Assembly (NCBI RefSeq): GCF_009914755.1
Contig: NC_060942.1
DNA: 64,000 nt
Source of the DNA: the human T2T-CHM13v2.0 reference genome, Homo sapiens
Strand: one strand, 5' to 3'
In this document: positions 62,131 to 64,000 of the stretch, piece after piece
How positions within the stretch are numbered: the first letter of the stretch is position 1
Layout: the number at the start of each line of letters is the position of its first letter
Notes under the pieces: generated by a model
Database searches by the model: none
What the model was told of the DNA's origin: nothing
Seen by the model: only the letters and a program-made list of their open reading frames with translations
Translations under genes and position numbers: made by a program

Positions 62131-63747
62131 GAGTCAGGATGAGAGGAATTATTGAGAGCGACAATAGCACTTTAGTGACTGACAGAGGAAATGATGACAG
62201 CAAAGAACACAAAAAAGAGTGACCAGAAAACATGAAGAACACAAGGACCATGCTGTAGGCCAATTAACCAAAGGCTGAGAAGTTTACACATTTATCGACA
62301 AGGAGATATTGGGGAATATTAATGAGAAAAATGTCAGTGAAGTTTTGGGAACTAAAATTAACTGAAAATGTATTATTGGTGGGTTGTTTTAAAATTTTAA
62401 TTTAAGGGAGGCTTTAGCATTTTTAAATGTTGATGGAAAGTATGCAAAGAAAAGGCGAAAAATAGAGAAGGGGAGAGAGAGAGAGGAAGGCAAGGGGGAT
62501 TAAAAAAGAGATAATTAAGAATGAAAGATGAGATCTGTGAGATCATCGTTGATGCAAATCAAGGGTGGAAAGCAAGGTGAAAGAGACATCTTTCATAGTA
62601 ACAAAAATGAGAAAGCACATGGAGAGACATACTAGAAATTATGGAACAATTTGAGAATATTTGTATAAGATTGCTTCTATTTTTTCTATATTGGGTGAGG
62701 CAAGCTAGTGTTTTTAGTGTGATAGGCAAATTAGTAGGACTAGATATTTCAGAAGAACTGAAAAAGTTTAGGTAATGTGAGAAAAATAGTTACAATGTGT
62801 GGAATATATACTGTGCCTTCTTGGACTAAGAATGTACATAGATTATGTCAATAACTCCTGTAACACCATGATGAATATGTATTATTATTCCATTTCCATA
62901 TGAAACTTAGGAGAAGTAATTGACTCAATGTTACCCAGGTAATAGGCAGTGTTACCAGTCTTGACTCATCGGTAGTCCCATTCTGGGGTCCAAGTTCTTA
63001 ACCACTAAGCTAGGAGCCCCTGTAACAGAGTAGAAATAACTGACTAGGCAAAAAAATAAAAATTGTAGGGATCTGTTTGAAAACACAGTTGAAATTAGAG
63101 TTTCTAAATTCTTAGTTGCTCTATTCAACAAAGTTCTGCAATTTTCTTTAACAGTGCTCAGATATTTAAATTTGTCAAGTGTTGCAGTCTTTTTCCTTTT
63201 TATTCAATTTGGGATTGAATAAAAAGGGGAAAATATTTAAGTTCTCCAGGAAGATGAGGCTGGAGGAATAAATCTTGCAGTATAAGTTGTATAAGGAAGA
63301 AAAAAAAATCTGGATGCAGTTATGGGGAGGGAAGAAAGAGTCAAAGGACCAAAAGTGTATATGAGATTGAAAAAGAGGTAAAAGAGGTAAAATGGTTGTA
63401 ATAGAGAACTGGGAATTTGGATGTTGTGGCAAAAAGAAATTACTTTACTATTTTAATGTTGGATTGTGACAAAGTCCAGGATTGTCCATGGGAGTAGGAG
63501 ACTTAATGCAATTCATAGTATGTATTACTGTATTTGATATTAAAATACTGAATATAGAATGGAAGATAACCAGGAAGATGGCAAGATGACAGAAAGGTAA
63601 TAAACTCTATGCTAAAACTTCCAGAGACAAGAAGGAAATCACTGTGGTGTTGTGAATAAACATGATTTCTAGTGGGCCAAGGATGTTTTTGTTGTTGGTA
63701 TAACCCTCAAAATATCAAAGTTTTTAATAAAATAGAATAGTAATCAG

Positions 63748-64000
<253 letters not shown>

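Overview
AT-rich primate (ape/human-like) genomic DNA made mostly of transposable elements. I recognise no host protein-coding exon, RNA gene or CRISPR array; short ORFs in the track that resemble any protein are L1/Alu/LTR-derived. The main structure is a nest: a ~1.7-kb MULE/MuDR (Ricksha-type) DNA transposon with TIRs (~9964-21380) is split by a full-length minus-strand L1PA7-like element (10539-20247, 15-bp TSD). That element is itself split by a 5'-truncated L1PA3-like element (14487-17654). The inner junction creates a new ATG opening an uninterrupted 982-codon, endonuclease-less ORF2 (RT + CCHC) downstream of the host L1 promoter. Other observations: a probable ~1.07-kb L1 3' transduction (47070-48338), a short 3' transduction at the L1PA7 tail, two L1PA3-like copies 30.4 kb apart sharing five apparently non-consensus substitutions, several template-switch-like scars (65-bp inverted templated copy, perfect 40-bp palindrome plus tandem duplication), solo LTRs (MST, MER57, MLT2, MER67-like), Alus, L2/MIR relics, and a few repeat-free candidate regulatory blocks. 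Subfamily names come from recalled consensus diagnostics and need RepeatMasker/Dfam confirmation. Boundaries of old repeats are approximate. I cannot claim a new biological system; the chimeric L1 ORF is the best lead.
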